A DNA stretch of 64,000 bases from Thermodesulfobacteriota bacterium (GTDB lineage: Bacteria > Desulfobacterota > Desulfobulbia > Desulfobulbales > JBFMBH01): the NCBI GenBank assembly GCA_040755095.1, contig JBFMBH010000004.1:12968-76967 (forward strand). Reading direction: 5' to 3'. Below, one piece after another: positions 1 through 10,272 of the stretch. A model generated the notes under the pieces. That model saw only the letters and a program-made list of their open reading frames with translations, searched no databases and was not told the DNA's origin. The translations under genes and the position numbers were made by a program. The first letter of the stretch is position 1, and each line of letters opens with the position of its first letter.

Positions 1-1
1 T

Positions 2-454
2 GAGGGGGCCTCGGTTCCCAGCCAAAGGCTGCTTTTCCCCACCCTGACCGAGCTGGGGCTGGAGGAGGCCGAGCTGGTCCGTCGCCACCAGGAGCAGCTG
101 GAACGGCTGGGGTTCGTCATCGAGCTTTTCGGCGGCGAAACCTTCCGGATCAGCGCCGTGCCCGGCCTGACCGCCCATCTGCCGCCGGAGGAGGTGCTGG
201 CAGGGGTGCTCTCCGGTCTGGCCCCGGCAGCCAGTGCCGATGGCCGGCGAGGCCTCTCCCCCCAGGGGGCGGTACTGGCCAGCCTGGCCTGCCGGGCCGC
301 CATCAAGGCCGGCCAGCCCCTCCGGGCGGAGGAGATGACGAGCCTGGTGTCGCAGCTGGCCGCAGCCCCGGCTCTGTCGCACTGTCCCCATGGCCGGCCG
401 GTGACCCGCTCCTTCGCGGCCAGCGAAATCCGCCGCTGGTTTCTGCGCGCCTAG
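2..454 (+). CDS. mutL: DNA mismatch repair protein MutL, C-terminal part (5' end lies outside the window)
   Basis: Frame 2 is open from the window edge to the stop at 452-454. The translation ...SQRLLFPTLTELG...FRISAVPG...LSHCPHGRPV...RRWF looks like the MutL C-terminal region. Confidence 0.8.
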   Translation, partial: EGASVPSQRLLFPTLTELGLEEAELVRRHQEQLERLGFVIELFGGETFRISAVPGLTAHLPPEEVLAGVLSGLAPAASADGRRGLSPQGAVLASLACRAAIKAGQPLRAEEMTSLVSQLAAAPALSHCPHGRPVTRSFAASEIRRWFLRA

Positions 455-546
455 CCACGTGATGCCAGGCCTCAGGCGGCACCAGACAAGGTCGCTCCCG
501 CCCAGGCCTCCAGTCAAACCCCTCCAGAAACAGGAATCCCACACCG

Positions 547-1431
547 ATGAACACCGCCCCGCTCCGTGAGACCTCTTTCCCGGATCTTGCCCTCGTCCAC
601 CGGGGCAAGGTACGAGATCTTTACGCGGTCGATGGCCAGCTCCTCATGGTGGCCACCGACCGCATCTCCGCCTTCGACGTGGTCATGGACGACCCGATCC
701 CGGACAAGGGCCGGGTGCTCACCCAGATCTCCCTGTTCTGGTTTGACTACCTCCGGGACATCATCGATAATCACCTAGTCAACGCCGAGCCGGCCGCCTA
801 TCCTGCCGCCTGCCACCCCTACCGGGAGCAGCTGGCCGGCCGCAGCATGCTGGTGAAGCGCTGCCAGCCCCTGCCGTTGGAGTGCATCGTCCGGGGGTAC
901 CTCGCCGGCTCGGGCTGGAAGGAGTACCAGCGCCAGGGCTCGGTGTGCGGCATCCCCCTGCCGGCTGGGCTGCGGGAGTCGGAGCAGCTGCCCCAGCCTA
1001 TCTTCACCCCGTCCACCAAGGCAGCCATCGGCCAGCACGACGAGAACATCACCCTGGCTGCCGCAGGCCAGCTGCTGGGGGAGGAGGTGGTGGCGCAGGT
1101 GGCCTCTGTCGCCATCCGGCTCTACCAGAAGGCGGCCGACTACGCCCGGGGACGGGGCATCATCATCGCGGACACCAAGTTCGAGATGGGATGGCACAAC
1201 GGCCGACTGATCCTCATCGACGAGGTGCTGACCCCGGACTCCTCCCGGTTCTGGCCCGCGGACGACTACGAGCCGGGCCGGGCCCAGAGGAGCTTTGACA
1301 AGCAGTTCCTGCGGGACTATCTGGCCGGCCTGGACTGGCCGCAGACGCCACCGCCTCCGAGGCTGCCGGCGGAGATCGTCGCCAGGACCAGGGAGCGGTA
1401 CCTGGAGGCCCTGAAGCGTCTTGCCGGCTGA
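547..1431 (+). CDS. purC: phosphoribosylaminoimidazole-succinocarboxamide (SAICAR) synthase
   Basis: 294-aa ORF. The N-terminus [11 protein letters not shown]...ATDRISAFD and the motif [11 protein letters not shown] are typical of PurC. Confidence 0.93.
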   Translation: MNTAPLRETSFPDLALVHRGKVRDLYAVDGQLLMVATDRISAFDVVMDDPIPDKGRVLTQISLFWFDYLRDIIDNHLVNAEPAAYPAACHPYREQLAGRSMLVKRCQPLPLECIVRGYLAGSGWKEYQRQGSVCGIPLPAGLRESEQLPQPIFTPSTKAAIGQHDENITLAAAGQLLGEEVVAQVASVAIRLYQKAADYARGRGIIIADTKFEMGWHNGRLILIDEVLTPDSSRFWPADDYEPGRAQRSFDKQFLRDYLAGLDWPQTPPPPRLPAEIVARTRERYLEALKRLAG

Positions 1432-1476
1432 GCAAGCGGAATGGGCCATCCGATTCAGGCAAAGGAGAGCGCGGCG

Positions 1477-2622
1477 ATGTTCGAGTTCGTCTTCCACAAC
1501 CCCACCAAGATCGTCTTCGGCCGCGGCCGAGAGGGCCTCATCGGCAGTGAAATCCGGGAGGCGGGGTGCCGGCGGGTGCTCTTCGTCCACGGCCAGCAGT
1601 CCGTCAAGCGCTCCGGTCTTTATGAACGGACCCTGGCCAGCCTCCAGGAGGCGGGCGTGGAGGCAGTGCCCTTTGGCGGTGTCGTTCCCAATCCAGTGCT
1701 CAGCCACACCCGGCAGGGCGTGGCATTGGCCAAGATCCAGCAGGCGGATGGGGTGTTGGCGGTGGGCGGTGGCTCGGTGCTGGACGAGGCAAAGGCCATT
1801 GCCGCCGGTGCCTGCTCCGACCGGGATGTCTGGGACTTCTTCCTCGGGGAGCCGATCACCGCCGCGCTGCCGGTCTTCACCATCCTGACCCTGGCCGCCA
1901 CCGGCAGCGAGATGAACCGCAACAGCGTCGTCACCAACGAGGAGAGCCGCCAGAAATACGCCATCTCCTCGCCCCATCTCGCGCCCCGGGTCTCCATCCT
2001 CAACCCGGAGCTCACCTGCACCGTGCCGCTGGACCATTCCACCTATGGCGCGGTGGATGCCATCGCCCATGTCATTGAGGCCTACTTCACCGGCCGCATC
2101 CGGGCCCGGCTCCAGGACCGGCTGGTGGAGGCCATCGTCCGTACGGTCATGGACAGCCACAACCAGATCCTGGAGCACCCCACCAGCTACGAGGCCCGGG
2201 CCGAGCTCATGTGGGCCGCCACCCTGGCTTTGAATGGGCTCACCACCGCCGGTGTCGGGGGCTACGGCATGCCCAACCACATGATCGAGCACTCCTTGAG
2301 TGCCTTCTACAACATTCCCCACGGCGCGGGACTGGCCATCGTCATCCCAGCATGGATGAAGTGGCTCGCCCCACGGCAGCCGGCGCCGTTCGAGCGTTTC
2401 GCCCGGGAGATCTTCGGCAAGACCCGGGCCGCCGACGCCATCTCCGGGCTGGAGACCTGGTTCCGGGCCATCAAGGCCCCGACCCGGCTCGGAGAGGTCC
2501 ATATCCCCGCCGCCGATATCCCGGCCCTGGCGGAGAACGCCCATGGTCTGGCCCGGCAGTGGGGCCTGGCCGACGTCTACACCCCGGCGACCATCGGTCA
2601 GATCCTGGAGCTGGCGGCCTGA
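1477..2622 (+). CDS. iron-containing alcohol dehydrogenase (YqhD/butanol dehydrogenase-like)
   Basis: The ORF MFEFVFHNPTKIVFGRG...GGGSVLDEAKAIA...HMIEHSLSAFYNIPHGAGLA looks like the Fe-ADH family. The ATG at 1477 follows AAAGGAGAG with 7-nt spacing; an alternative in-frame ATG lies at 1441. Confidence 0.85.
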   Translation: MFEFVFHNPTKIVFGRGREGLIGSEIREAGCRRVLFVHGQQSVKRSGLYERTLASLQEAGVEAVPFGGVVPNPVLSHTRQGVALAKIQQADGVLAVGGGSVLDEAKAIAAGACSDRDVWDFFLGEPITAALPVFTILTLAATGSEMNRNSVVTNEESRQKYAISSPHLAPRVSILNPELTCTVPLDHSTYGAVDAIAHVIEAYFTGRIRARLQDRLVEAIVRTVMDSHNQILEHPTSYEARAELMWAATLALNGLTTAGVGGYGMPNHMIEHSLSAFYNIPHGAGLAIVIPAWMKWLAPRQPAPFERFAREIFGKTRAADAISGLETWFRAIKAPTRLGEVHIPAADIPALAENAHGLARQWGLADVYTPATIGQILELAA

Positions 2623-2680
2623 GAGGACCGGCCGCAGCGAGCCCACGTCGTAGAGCCGATGGAAGGCCGAAGGAGCCGCC

Positions 2681-3589
2681 ATGGACCGTCGACAGTTCCT
2701 GCAATCGAGCCTTGCCGGCGCCGGCCTGGCGCTCGCCGGCGACCTGGGCCTCAGCCTGGCCGCGCCGCCACCGGGAGCGAGCGCCACCTTCGATCTGGCG
2801 GTAGCCCGGGGACCGGTGGCAGCCCGCAACGTGGCTGCGGCAGTGGCAGCCTGGGGCGGGATGGAGCGCTTTGTCAGCCGGGGTGACGTGGTGGTGGTCA
2901 AGCCCAACATGGCCTGGGACCGCACCCCGGAGCAGGCCGCCAACACCGACCCCGCGGTGGTGGCCGAAGTGGTACGCCTGTGCCTGGCGGCTGGCGCCAA
3001 GACAGTCAAGGTCTTCGACCGGCCGGTGAACGACCCCCGGCGCTGCTACAGGCAAAGCGGCATCGAGAGGGCGGCAATCGGGGCCGGTGCCCAGGTCAAG
3101 CAGATGGACGATCGCCGTTTCCGGGAGATGGCGGTCAAAGGCGAGACCATGGCCAACTGGCCCCTGTATGTGGAGGTCTTCGAAGCGGACAAGGTGATCA
3201 ACGTCCCCATCGCCAAGCACCACAGCCTGGCTCGCATGACTGGCGCCATGAAGAACTGGATGGGGATCATGGGCGGCAACCGCAGCCGCATCCACCAGCG
3301 GTTGGACGAATCCCTCTGCGACTTGGCCAGCTTCGTCCGCCCCACCTTGACGGTGCTGGACGCTACCCGGGTCCTCTTGCGCAACGGCCCGCAGGGCGGC
3401 GACCTGGGCGACGTTCTGGCCGCTGACACCATCGTGGTGGGCCAGGACCAGGTGGCCGTGGATGCCTGGGCCAGTACCCTGTTCGGCCGGACCCCGGATG
3501 ATCTGCCGGTGCTGGCTGCGGCCCGGCGGCGCGATCTGGGCAAGACCGAGCTGGCCGCCATCACGATCCGGGAGCTGGCTGTATCCTGA
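2681..3589 (+). CDS. Tat-signal DUF362-like protein
   Basis: The N-terminus MDRRQFLQSSLAGAGLALAG is a twin-arginine signal. The body (VVVKPN..., INVPIAKHH, LTVLDATRVL) resembles the DUF362 family as I recall it. Confidence 0.7.
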   Translation: MDRRQFLQSSLAGAGLALAGDLGLSLAAPPPGASATFDLAVARGPVAARNVAAAVAAWGGMERFVSRGDVVVVKPNMAWDRTPEQAANTDPAVVAEVVRLCLAAGAKTVKVFDRPVNDPRRCYRQSGIERAAIGAGAQVKQMDDRRFREMAVKGETMANWPLYVEVFEADKVINVPIAKHHSLARMTGAMKNWMGIMGGNRSRIHQRLDESLCDLASFVRPTLTVLDATRVLLRNGPQGGDLGDVLAADTIVVGQDQVAVDAWASTLFGRTPDDLPVLAAARRRDLGKTELAAITIRELAVS

Positions 3590-3590
3590 G

Positions 3591-5132
3591 ATGCCCTGGC
3601 GCCGCCTGTGCCAGGGCCTGTTCCTGGCCCTGTTCCTCTGGCTCTTCATCGAAACCGACGGCCGGGGCGAGGACCAGCTCGGCCATCCGGTGAAGCTGTT
3701 CCTGGAGCTCGACCCGCTCCTGGGCCTGGCGACCGGCCTGGCCCGCCACTCCTGGCCCCTGACCTTCTGGCCCAGCTTCGCTACCGTCGTCCTTACCATC
3801 CTCCTGGGCCGGGTCTTCTGCGGCTGGATCTGCCCTTTGGGGACCTGCCACGACTTGGTGGGCGGTTCGCCGTCCGCCGCCGAGTCGGGCCGCCGCTGGC
3901 ACTGGCTCAAATACGCACTGCTGGCCAGCCTCCTGGCCGCGGCCTTCTTTTCTGTCCAGCTGGCGGGCATCTTCGACCCCTTGTCCCTCCTGGTCCGCTC
4001 CCTGGCCCTCGGGGTGTTTCCAGCCCTGCAGGCGGCTGCTTCAGCCTTCTTCGACGCCGTCTTCCGTCTGGATCCGCCCTGCCTGGTGGACCTTTCCGAA
4101 GGCCTTTACAATTTCCTGCGCGCCCGGGTATTCGCCCTCCGGCAGCCGCTCTTCCACCAGGGCCTGTTCCTGACCCTGCTCCTGGTCCTGATCCTGGCTG
4201 CCAACCGCTACCAGCGCCGGCTCTGGTGCCGCTGCCTGTGTCCTCTGGGGGCGCTCCTCGGGCTTTTGAGCCGCTGGTCCCTCCTGCGGCGGCAGGTATC
4301 CGCGGCCTGCAGCGACTGTGGGGCCTGCACCGGGGTCTGCCCGGGCAACGCCACCGGCAGCGCTGACCAGACCGCCGAATGCCTGCGCTGCCTCCAGTGC
4401 CGGACCGTCTGCCGGCCGGGAGCAGTGGCCTTCCGCTGGCGGGGCAGCGACGGTCGCCAGGGGGTGGAGCTGGGCCGGCGGCGTCTTCTGGTGGCCGCCG
4501 CCACCGGCATGGTGGCCGCGCCTCTCCTCCCCAACGAGCCTGCCGCCCGGAAGCAGTCAGCCGCGCTGCTGCGGCCACCGGGAGCCCTGCCGGAGGAGGC
4601 CTTTGTCGACGCCTGCATCCGCTGCGGCGAATGCATGAAGGTCTGCACCACCGGCGGCCTGCAGCCGGCGCTTCTGGAGGCGGGCCTCGTGGGCCTCTGG
4701 ACCCCGGTCCTGGTGCCTCGCCTGGGATACTGCGAGCTCCGCTGCACCCTCTGTGGCCAAGTCTGCCCCACCGGCGCCATCGCCCGCCTTGATCCGGAGA
4801 AGAAAGCCCGCACCCGCATCGGCCTGGCCTTCGTGGACCGCAGCCGCTGTCTGCCCTGGTCCCAGGGCCTGCCCTGCATCGTCTGCGAGGAGGTCTGTCC
4901 CACGCCGAAAAAGGCCATCCTCCTCGCACCCGAGACGGTGACCGACGCCCTGGGCCGGCGGCAACAGGTGCAGGTACCCCGGGTGGTGGTGGAGCGGTGT
5001 GTGGGCTGCGGCATCTGCGAGGCCCGCTGCCCTCTGGCCAGCCAGCCCGCCATTGTCATCAACAACACCAACGAATCCCGCCGGTCGGAGCCGGATATCC
5101 TGCTGCCGGCCCCCGGGGACAGCATGACCTGA
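3591..5132 (+). CDS. membrane-anchored polyferredoxin (NapH/MauN-like, multiple 4Fe-4S motifs)
   Basis: The ATG at 3591 lies 2 nt after the DUF362 stop. The N-terminal part is hydrophobic, with FCGWICPLG and WCRCLCPLG motifs. Six CxxCxxC(x3)CP-type clusters follow (CSDCGACTGVCP, CIRCGECMKVC, CTLCGQVCP, CIVCEEVCP, CVGCGICEARCP and others). Confidence 0.8.
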   Translation: MPWRRLCQGLFLALFLWLFIETDGRGEDQLGHPVKLFLELDPLLGLATGLARHSWPLTFWPSFATVVLTILLGRVFCGWICPLGTCHDLVGGSPSAAESGRRWHWLKYALLASLLAAAFFSVQLAGIFDPLSLLVRSLALGVFPALQAAASAFFDAVFRLDPPCLVDLSEGLYNFLRARVFALRQPLFHQGLFLTLLLVLILAANRYQRRLWCRCLCPLGALLGLLSRWSLLRRQVSAACSDCGACTGVCPGNATGSADQTAECLRCLQCRTVCRPGAVAFRWRGSDGRQGVELGRRRLLVAAATGMVAAPLLPNEPAARKQSAALLRPPGALPEEAFVDACIRCGECMKVCTTGGLQPALLEAGLVGLWTPVLVPRLGYCELRCTLCGQVCPTGAIARLDPEKKARTRIGLAFVDRSRCLPWSQGLPCIVCEEVCPTPKKAILLAPETVTDALGRRQQVQVPRVVVERCVGCGICEARCPLASQPAIVINNTNESRRSEPDILLPAPGDSMT

Positions 5133-5145
5133 AAGTGCCCCCGGT

Positions 5146-6867
5146 TTACGGTCCGGCGCGCCCAGGGCAAGGCCGCAGGGCCTCCAGCACGGCCCGCTGG
5201 GCCTGGCGCTCGGCCCGCCGGCGGGCAACGTGGATGGGCTGGCCGCGGTCACGGCCCCGGCCGCTGACGTACATGGCGGTGGCGATGGTGCCGGGGGTGG
5301 GGGTGAAGTCCTGGAACTGGCGGGGGGCAAGACCCAGGCCGCGGAGGCGGGTGGCCAACGCCTCCATGTGGGCCTGGGTGCAGCCGGGATGGCTGGCGAT
5401 CAGGTAAGGGGTGAGGGGGGGGAGGCGACCGCCGTTCAGCCGGCGGCAGGTGGCCAGGAAGGCCTCCAGAACCTCAGCCCCTGGCTTGTGCATGAGGCGC
5501 AGCACCTCGGGCTCGGTGTGCTCGGGGGCGATCTTGAGGGCACCGGGCAGGTGCTGCTCCAGGATCCGAGCCAGCAGGCGCGGGGTGCGGAGCAGAAGCT
5601 CCATGCGCAAGCCCGACGAAACAAAGAGGTGCTTGACCCCGGCGCGGCGGGAAACGGCGTCCAGGAGAGCCAGGACCCGCTCCTCGTCAATGGCCAGATG
5701 GGAGCAGATCCGGGGATAGAGACAGTCCCGGCGGCGGCAGGGACCCGGACGGCGGCAGGAGGTGCCGTAGAGGTTGGCGGTCGGGCCGCCCAGATCCGTG
5801 ATCGTGCCCGAAAAATCCGGTTGCCGGCAGATCGCCTCCACCTCGGCCAGCACCGAAGCCAGGGAGCGGCTGGTCACCACCGGTCCCTGGTGGCGGGCGA
5901 TGGCACAAAAGGAGCAGTTGCCGCAGCAGCCCCGGACGATGGTCACCGAATGGCGGATCATCCGAAAGGCCGGCACATCACCGGCGCCCGGGTGGGACAC
6001 GCGGCTATAGGGCAGGCCGTAGAGCGCGTCCAGTTCCTCAGGACCAAGGGGCGGCGACGCCGGGTGCTGGAGGATCCACACCGCCTGCTGCCGTTGCAGG
6101 AGGGGCTGGTCATCCCCAGCCCGGGCCTGGCGGTCCACCGCCTTTTCCGCGTCCAGAAAACGGCCGGGATCAGCGGCGATCTCCTCCCAGGAGGGCAAGA
6201 CCAACGGCGGGACAGGATAGGGCCGCTCCCGTTGCTCCCGGTCGGTGAGCCGCTCGCAGGTGCCGGGGATGCCGGTCAGATCAAGCCCGGCCGCCAGCCG
6301 CTGGGCCACCGCAAGGACCGCCCGCTCCCCCATGCCGTAGACGAGAAGATCGGCCTTGGCATCGGCCAGCACCGACGAGCGCAGCCGCTCCTGCTGGAAA
6401 TCGTAATGAACGAAACGGCGCAGGGAGGCCTCGAGGCCGCCGAGCACGATGGGCAGCCCCGGCCAGGCGGCCCGGGCCAACTGGCTGTAACGGATGGTGG
6501 CCCGGTCGGGCCGGCGGCGGTTGCCACGGCTGGCAGCACCCGGAAAATAGGGATCTCCCCCAGGGCTGTAGTCATCCCGGTCCCGGACCCGGGCATTGCC
6601 CGAATAGTTGGCGACGACCGAGTCCAGATTGCCGGCGCTGATGCCGGCGAAAAGCCGGGGCCGGCGGAAGCGAAGGAAGTCCTGAGGGCCGTCGTGGCGG
6701 GGTTGGGCCAGGACCGCCACCCGAAAACCGTGGGCCGAGAGCCACTGGCCGATGAGGGCGATGCCAAAGGCCGGGTGGTCCACGTAGCCATCGCCGGTGA
6801 CGAGAAGGACATCCACTGCCGGCCAGCCGCGGCTTCGCACCTCCTCTGACGACGCAGGCAGGAACAC
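5146..6867 (-). CDS. ygiQ: YgiQ-family radical SAM protein (UPF0313)
   Basis: 573 aa with a GTG start. FLPASSEEVRSRGWPAVDVLLVTGDGYVDHPAFG parallels the E. coli YgiQ N-terminus. The CGNCSFC radical-SAM cluster motif is present. Confidence 0.85.
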   Translation of the reverse strand: MFLPASSEEVRSRGWPAVDVLLVTGDGYVDHPAFGIALIGQWLSAHGFRVAVLAQPRHDGPQDFLRFRRPRLFAGISAGNLDSVVANYSGNARVRDRDDYSPGGDPYFPGAASRGNRRRPDRATIRYSQLARAAWPGLPIVLGGLEASLRRFVHYDFQQERLRSSVLADAKADLLVYGMGERAVLAVAQRLAAGLDLTGIPGTCERLTDREQRERPYPVPPLVLPSWEEIAADPGRFLDAEKAVDRQARAGDDQPLLQRQQAVWILQHPASPPLGPEELDALYGLPYSRVSHPGAGDVPAFRMIRHSVTIVRGCCGNCSFCAIARHQGPVVTSRSLASVLAEVEAICRQPDFSGTITDLGGPTANLYGTSCRRPGPCRRRDCLYPRICSHLAIDEERVLALLDAVSRRAGVKHLFVSSGLRMELLLRTPRLLARILEQHLPGALKIAPEHTEPEVLRLMHKPGAEVLEAFLATCRRLNGGRLPPLTPYLIASHPGCTQAHMEALATRLRGLGLAPRQFQDFTPTPGTIATAMYVSGRGRDRGQPIHVARRRAERQAQRAVLEALRPCPGRAGP

Positions 6868-6875
6868 CTGGCTCC

Positions 6876-9479
6876 CTACGCCTCTTCGAACAGGAGCCGG
6901 CTGCCGTCCGGGGCCGGCAGAACCCTGATCCGGTCCCCTTCCCGGAAGCGGCCGGCCAGGATCTCCATGGCCAGGGCGTCCTGGACATGGCGCTGGATGG
7001 CCCGCTTGAGGGGCCGGGCGCCGAAGGCGGGATCGAAGCCCTTGTCGACCAGAAAGGCCTTGGCCGCCGGCGCCAGCTCCAGGCTGAATTTCTGGTCGGC
7101 CAGGCGCCTGGCCAGGAGATCCACCTGGATGTCGACGATCCGCTCGATATGCTCCCGGCCCAGGGCGTGGAAGATGATGGTCTCGTCGATCCGGTTCAGG
7201 AACTCCGGCTTGAACTGGCGGTGCAGGATGGCATGCACCGCCTGCTCCATCTCCGTCCGCCGGGCCTCTCCCAGCTCCATGATCAGCGGACTGCCCAGAT
7301 TGGAGGTCATGATCAGGATGGTGTTTTTGAAGTCCACGGTCCGTCCCTGACCGTCGGTCATGCGGCCGTCGTCCAGAATCTGCAGCAGGACGTTGAAGAC
7401 GTCCGGGTGGGCCTTCTCGATCTCATCGAAGAGAATCACGGCATAGGGTCGCCGCCGCACCGCTTCGGTGAGGTACCCCCCCTCCTCATAGCCGACGTAG
7501 CCAGGGGGGGCGCCGATCAGGCGGGCCACCGAGTGCTTCTCCATGAACTCCGACATGTCGAGCCGGATCATCGCCTGCTCGGAATCGAACAGGAAGGCGG
7601 CCAGACTCCGGGCCAGCTCGGTCTTGCCCACCCCGGTGGGCCCCAGAAAGATGAAGGAGCCCAGGGGCCGGTTGGGGTCCTGCAAGCCAGCCCGGGCCCG
7701 ACGGACGGCGTTGGCCACCGCGGCGATGGCCTCGGTCTGGCCGACCACCCGGGAGGCCAGCCGCTCCTCGGCCTGGACCAGCTTGGACTTCTCTCCTTCC
7801 AGCATGCGGTCCACCGGGATGCCCGTCCACTTGGCCACCACCGAGGCCACATCCTCCTCGTCCACCTCCTCCTTGAGCATCCGCCGGTCCTTTTGCACCG
7901 CGGCCAGCCGGGCGTTGGCCGCGGCCAGCTCCCGCTCCAGGGCACCGATGCGGCCGTAACGGATCTCTGCGACCTTGGACAGATCGCCCGCCCGCTGTGC
8001 CTGCTGCTCCTCCACCCGGGCCTCGTCCATGGCCGTCTTCTTGGCCCGGATGCTGGCGATCACCTCCCGCTCCAGGCCCCAGTGAGCCCGCATGCCGGCC
8101 AGCTGCTCCTCGATGTCTGCCAGCTCGGCCTCCAGACGGGCCAGGCGCTCCCGGGACGCGACGTCGCTCTCCTTCTTCAACGCCTCCCGCTCGATGGACA
8201 GCTTCATCCGCCGCCGCTCCTGCTCGTCGATCTCGGTGGGCATGGAGTCGATCTCGATGCGCAGGAGGGAGGCAGCCTCGTCGATGAGATCAATGGCCTT
8301 GTCCGGGAGGAAGCGGTCCGTGATGTAGCGCTGGGACAATGTGGCGGCGGCCACCGTAGCCGCGTCCTTGATGCGCACGCCGTGGTGCACCTCATACTTC
8401 TCCTTGATGCCCCGCAGGATGGCGATGGTGTCCTCCACCGTGGGCTCCCGCACCAGCACCGGCTGGAAGCGACGCTCCAGGGCCGGGTCCTTCTCGATGT
8501 GCTTGCGGTACTCGCTGAGGGTGGTGGCGCCCACGCAGTGCAGCTCGCCCCGGGCCAAGGCGGGCTTGAGCATGTTGGAGGCATCCATGGCCCCCTCGGC
8601 GGCGCCAGCCCCCACCAGGGTGTGGATCTCGTCGATGAAGAGGACGATCTGCCCCTCCTTCTTCTGGACTTCCTTGAGCACTGCCTTCAGGCGATCCTCG
8701 AACTCGCCCCGGTACTTGGCGCCGGCCACCAGGGCCCCCATGTCCAAAGCCAGCACCTGCCGGTCCCGCAGGGTTTCCGGAATATCGCCAGCCACGATCC
8801 GCTGCGCCAATCCCTCGACGATGGCCGTCTTGCCCACCCCGGGCTCGCCGATCAGGACCGGGTTGTTCTTGGTACGTCGGGACAGGACCTGGACCACCCG
8901 CCGCACCTCGTCATCCCGGCCGATCACCGGATCGAGCTTTCCCTGCCGGGCCAAGTCGGTAAGGTTGCGGGCATACTTCTCCAGCGCCTGGTACTTCTCC
9001 TCCGGGTTGGGATCCGTGACCCGCTGGCTGCCCCGCACCCCGACCAGGGCCTGTAGAAAGGCCTCACGGCTTGCGCCCTGCCCAGCCAACAGGCGGGGTA
9101 TGGCCCCGTCCTTGTCTTCCAGAAGGGCCAGAAAGAGGTGCTCCTGGCTCACGTATTCATCCTTCATCTCCCCAGCCAGCCGGAAGGCGGCGTCCATCAC
9201 CTTGCGCAGCCGGGCGGACAGATAGAGCTGGCCGGCTCCGCCACCGCTCACCCGGGGCAGACGGCCCACAAGGGCGTCCACCTCCGCCAGGAGGCGACCG
9301 ACCTCTACCCCCATGGCCTTCAAGACCGGCACCACCACCCCATCCGGCTGCTCCAGGAGCGCCCGTAGCAAATGCTCCGGCTGCAGCTCCTGATGGCCTT
9401 TGGCCTCGGCCAGGCGCTGAGCCTGGTAGACCGCCTCCTGGGACTTCATGGTCAGCTTGTCGAATTGCATACCAGACAC
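6876..9479 (-). CDS. clpB: ATP-dependent chaperone ClpB
   Basis: 867 aa with two AAA+ modules (GEPGVGKT and GPTGVGKT Walker A motifs), a long coiled-coil middle domain and a Clp N-domain. Confidence 0.97.
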   Translation of the reverse strand: MSGMQFDKLTMKSQEAVYQAQRLAEAKGHQELQPEHLLRALLEQPDGVVVPVLKAMGVEVGRLLAEVDALVGRLPRVSGGGAGQLYLSARLRKVMDAAFRLAGEMKDEYVSQEHLFLALLEDKDGAIPRLLAGQGASREAFLQALVGVRGSQRVTDPNPEEKYQALEKYARNLTDLARQGKLDPVIGRDDEVRRVVQVLSRRTKNNPVLIGEPGVGKTAIVEGLAQRIVAGDIPETLRDRQVLALDMGALVAGAKYRGEFEDRLKAVLKEVQKKEGQIVLFIDEIHTLVGAGAAEGAMDASNMLKPALARGELHCVGATTLSEYRKHIEKDPALERRFQPVLVREPTVEDTIAILRGIKEKYEVHHGVRIKDAATVAAATLSQRYITDRFLPDKAIDLIDEAASLLRIEIDSMPTEIDEQERRRMKLSIEREALKKESDVASRERLARLEAELADIEEQLAGMRAHWGLEREVIASIRAKKTAMDEARVEEQQAQRAGDLSKVAEIRYGRIGALERELAAANARLAAVQKDRRMLKEEVDEEDVASVVAKWTGIPVDRMLEGEKSKLVQAEERLASRVVGQTEAIAAVANAVRRARAGLQDPNRPLGSFIFLGPTGVGKTELARSLAAFLFDSEQAMIRLDMSEFMEKHSVARLIGAPPGYVGYEEGGYLTEAVRRRPYAVILFDEIEKAHPDVFNVLLQILDDGRMTDGQGRTVDFKNTILIMTSNLGSPLIMELGEARRTEMEQAVHAILHRQFKPEFLNRIDETIIFHALGREHIERIVDIQVDLLARRLADQKFSLELAPAAKAFLVDKGFDPAFGARPLKRAIQRHVQDALAMEILAGRFREGDRIRVLPAPDGSRLLFEEA

Positions 9480-9702
9480 CTCACAAGGAGAGGGCGCTTC
9501 TCGCCTGAGCAGCCGGGTGATATCCTCGGCGGCAGGACAGACATCCTGATCAGCAGGACGGAATCCTTACCAGCAGGACGGGCTGACTGCGGGAATCGGT
9601 ACGCGAGACCGCAACAGTCGTGTGAACGAGTAAGGCGGGTAACGGGGGTTGTCAAGAAAGGACGGGCAGGTCCTTGGCCTGCAACAGATGGCGGCAGGAC
9701 CC

Positions 9703-9743
9703 AAAAGACATGGGGGAGACAGGGCCCGGACCCTGCCTCCCCC
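9703..9743 (-). terminator. intrinsic terminator-like hairpin after the truncated PEP-CTERM copy
   Basis: The minus strand reads GGGGGAGGCAGGG-tccggg-CCCTGTCTCCCCC followed by AUGUCUUUUGG. It is homologous to the terminators at 10203 and 11036, but its U-run is weaker. Confidence 0.5.
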
Positions 9744-9771
9744 GGGGGTAAGAGCTGAAAAGGAGATGGTG

Positions 9772-10156
9772 CTAGCTGCGGCGACGCACGGCAATGAGCC
9801 CAAAGAGGCCGGAGCCCAGGAGCAGCACGGAGGCCGGCACCGGAACCGGGCTGGCATCGTGGATCAGGACGCCGGTGCCGGAGCTCGGCTGCCCCACAAT
9901 ATCCCAAATCTCATAGGCTTCCACGCCCGGGATCGGCACCACATCATACTGGAGGTTGGTGACCACCGACCCGCCGCTCACCATGCCGAACTTGATGCCG
10001 AACTCTGCGGTCGGCCCCAGGGAGACGGTCGTCGAGTTCGGGGTGAAGCCCATGTACCAGGTGCCACCGAGGTTGCTGAAGTTCACTGTCCGGGTCCTGG
10101 CGGTGGGGGTGATCACCCACAGGGCGCTGCCCGGATTGCCCCAGTCGTAGAAGGCC
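9772..10156 (-). pseudogene. 5'-truncated PEP-CTERM paralogue (relic of tandem copy 1)
   Basis: It encodes only the C-terminal ~128 codons homologous to copies 2 and 3 (AFYDWGNPGSALWVITPTARTRT...VPVPASVLLLGSGLFGLIAVRRRS). An in-frame TAG sits directly upstream of AFYDW. Signal peptide, leader and promoter are all missing. Confidence 0.8.
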
Positions 10157-10202
10157 TAACTAAGGAAAGTGTGTCCCGCAGCCACGCGCCGGCAAAAGGC
10201 AC

Positions 10203-10247
10203 AAAAAAATCCGGAGGCGGCAGGGCCCGGACCCTGCTGCCTCCGGA
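10203..10247 (-). terminator. rho-independent terminator of PEP-CTERM copy 2
   Basis: The minus strand reads TCCGGAGGCAGCAGGG-tccggg-CCCTGCCGCCTCCGGA followed by UUUUUUU. Confidence 0.8.
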
Positions 10248-10272
10248 TGCGAAGTCTGAAACCGGATTGGCT

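Noticed and set aside
9600-9660. Sigma-32 heat-shock promoter upstream of clpB (minus strand CTTGACAACCCCCGTTACCCGCCTTAC).
   Set aside because: The -35-like CTTGAC is present. The downstream element does not match CCCCATnT at an acceptable spacing. The evidence is too weak to report as a feature.
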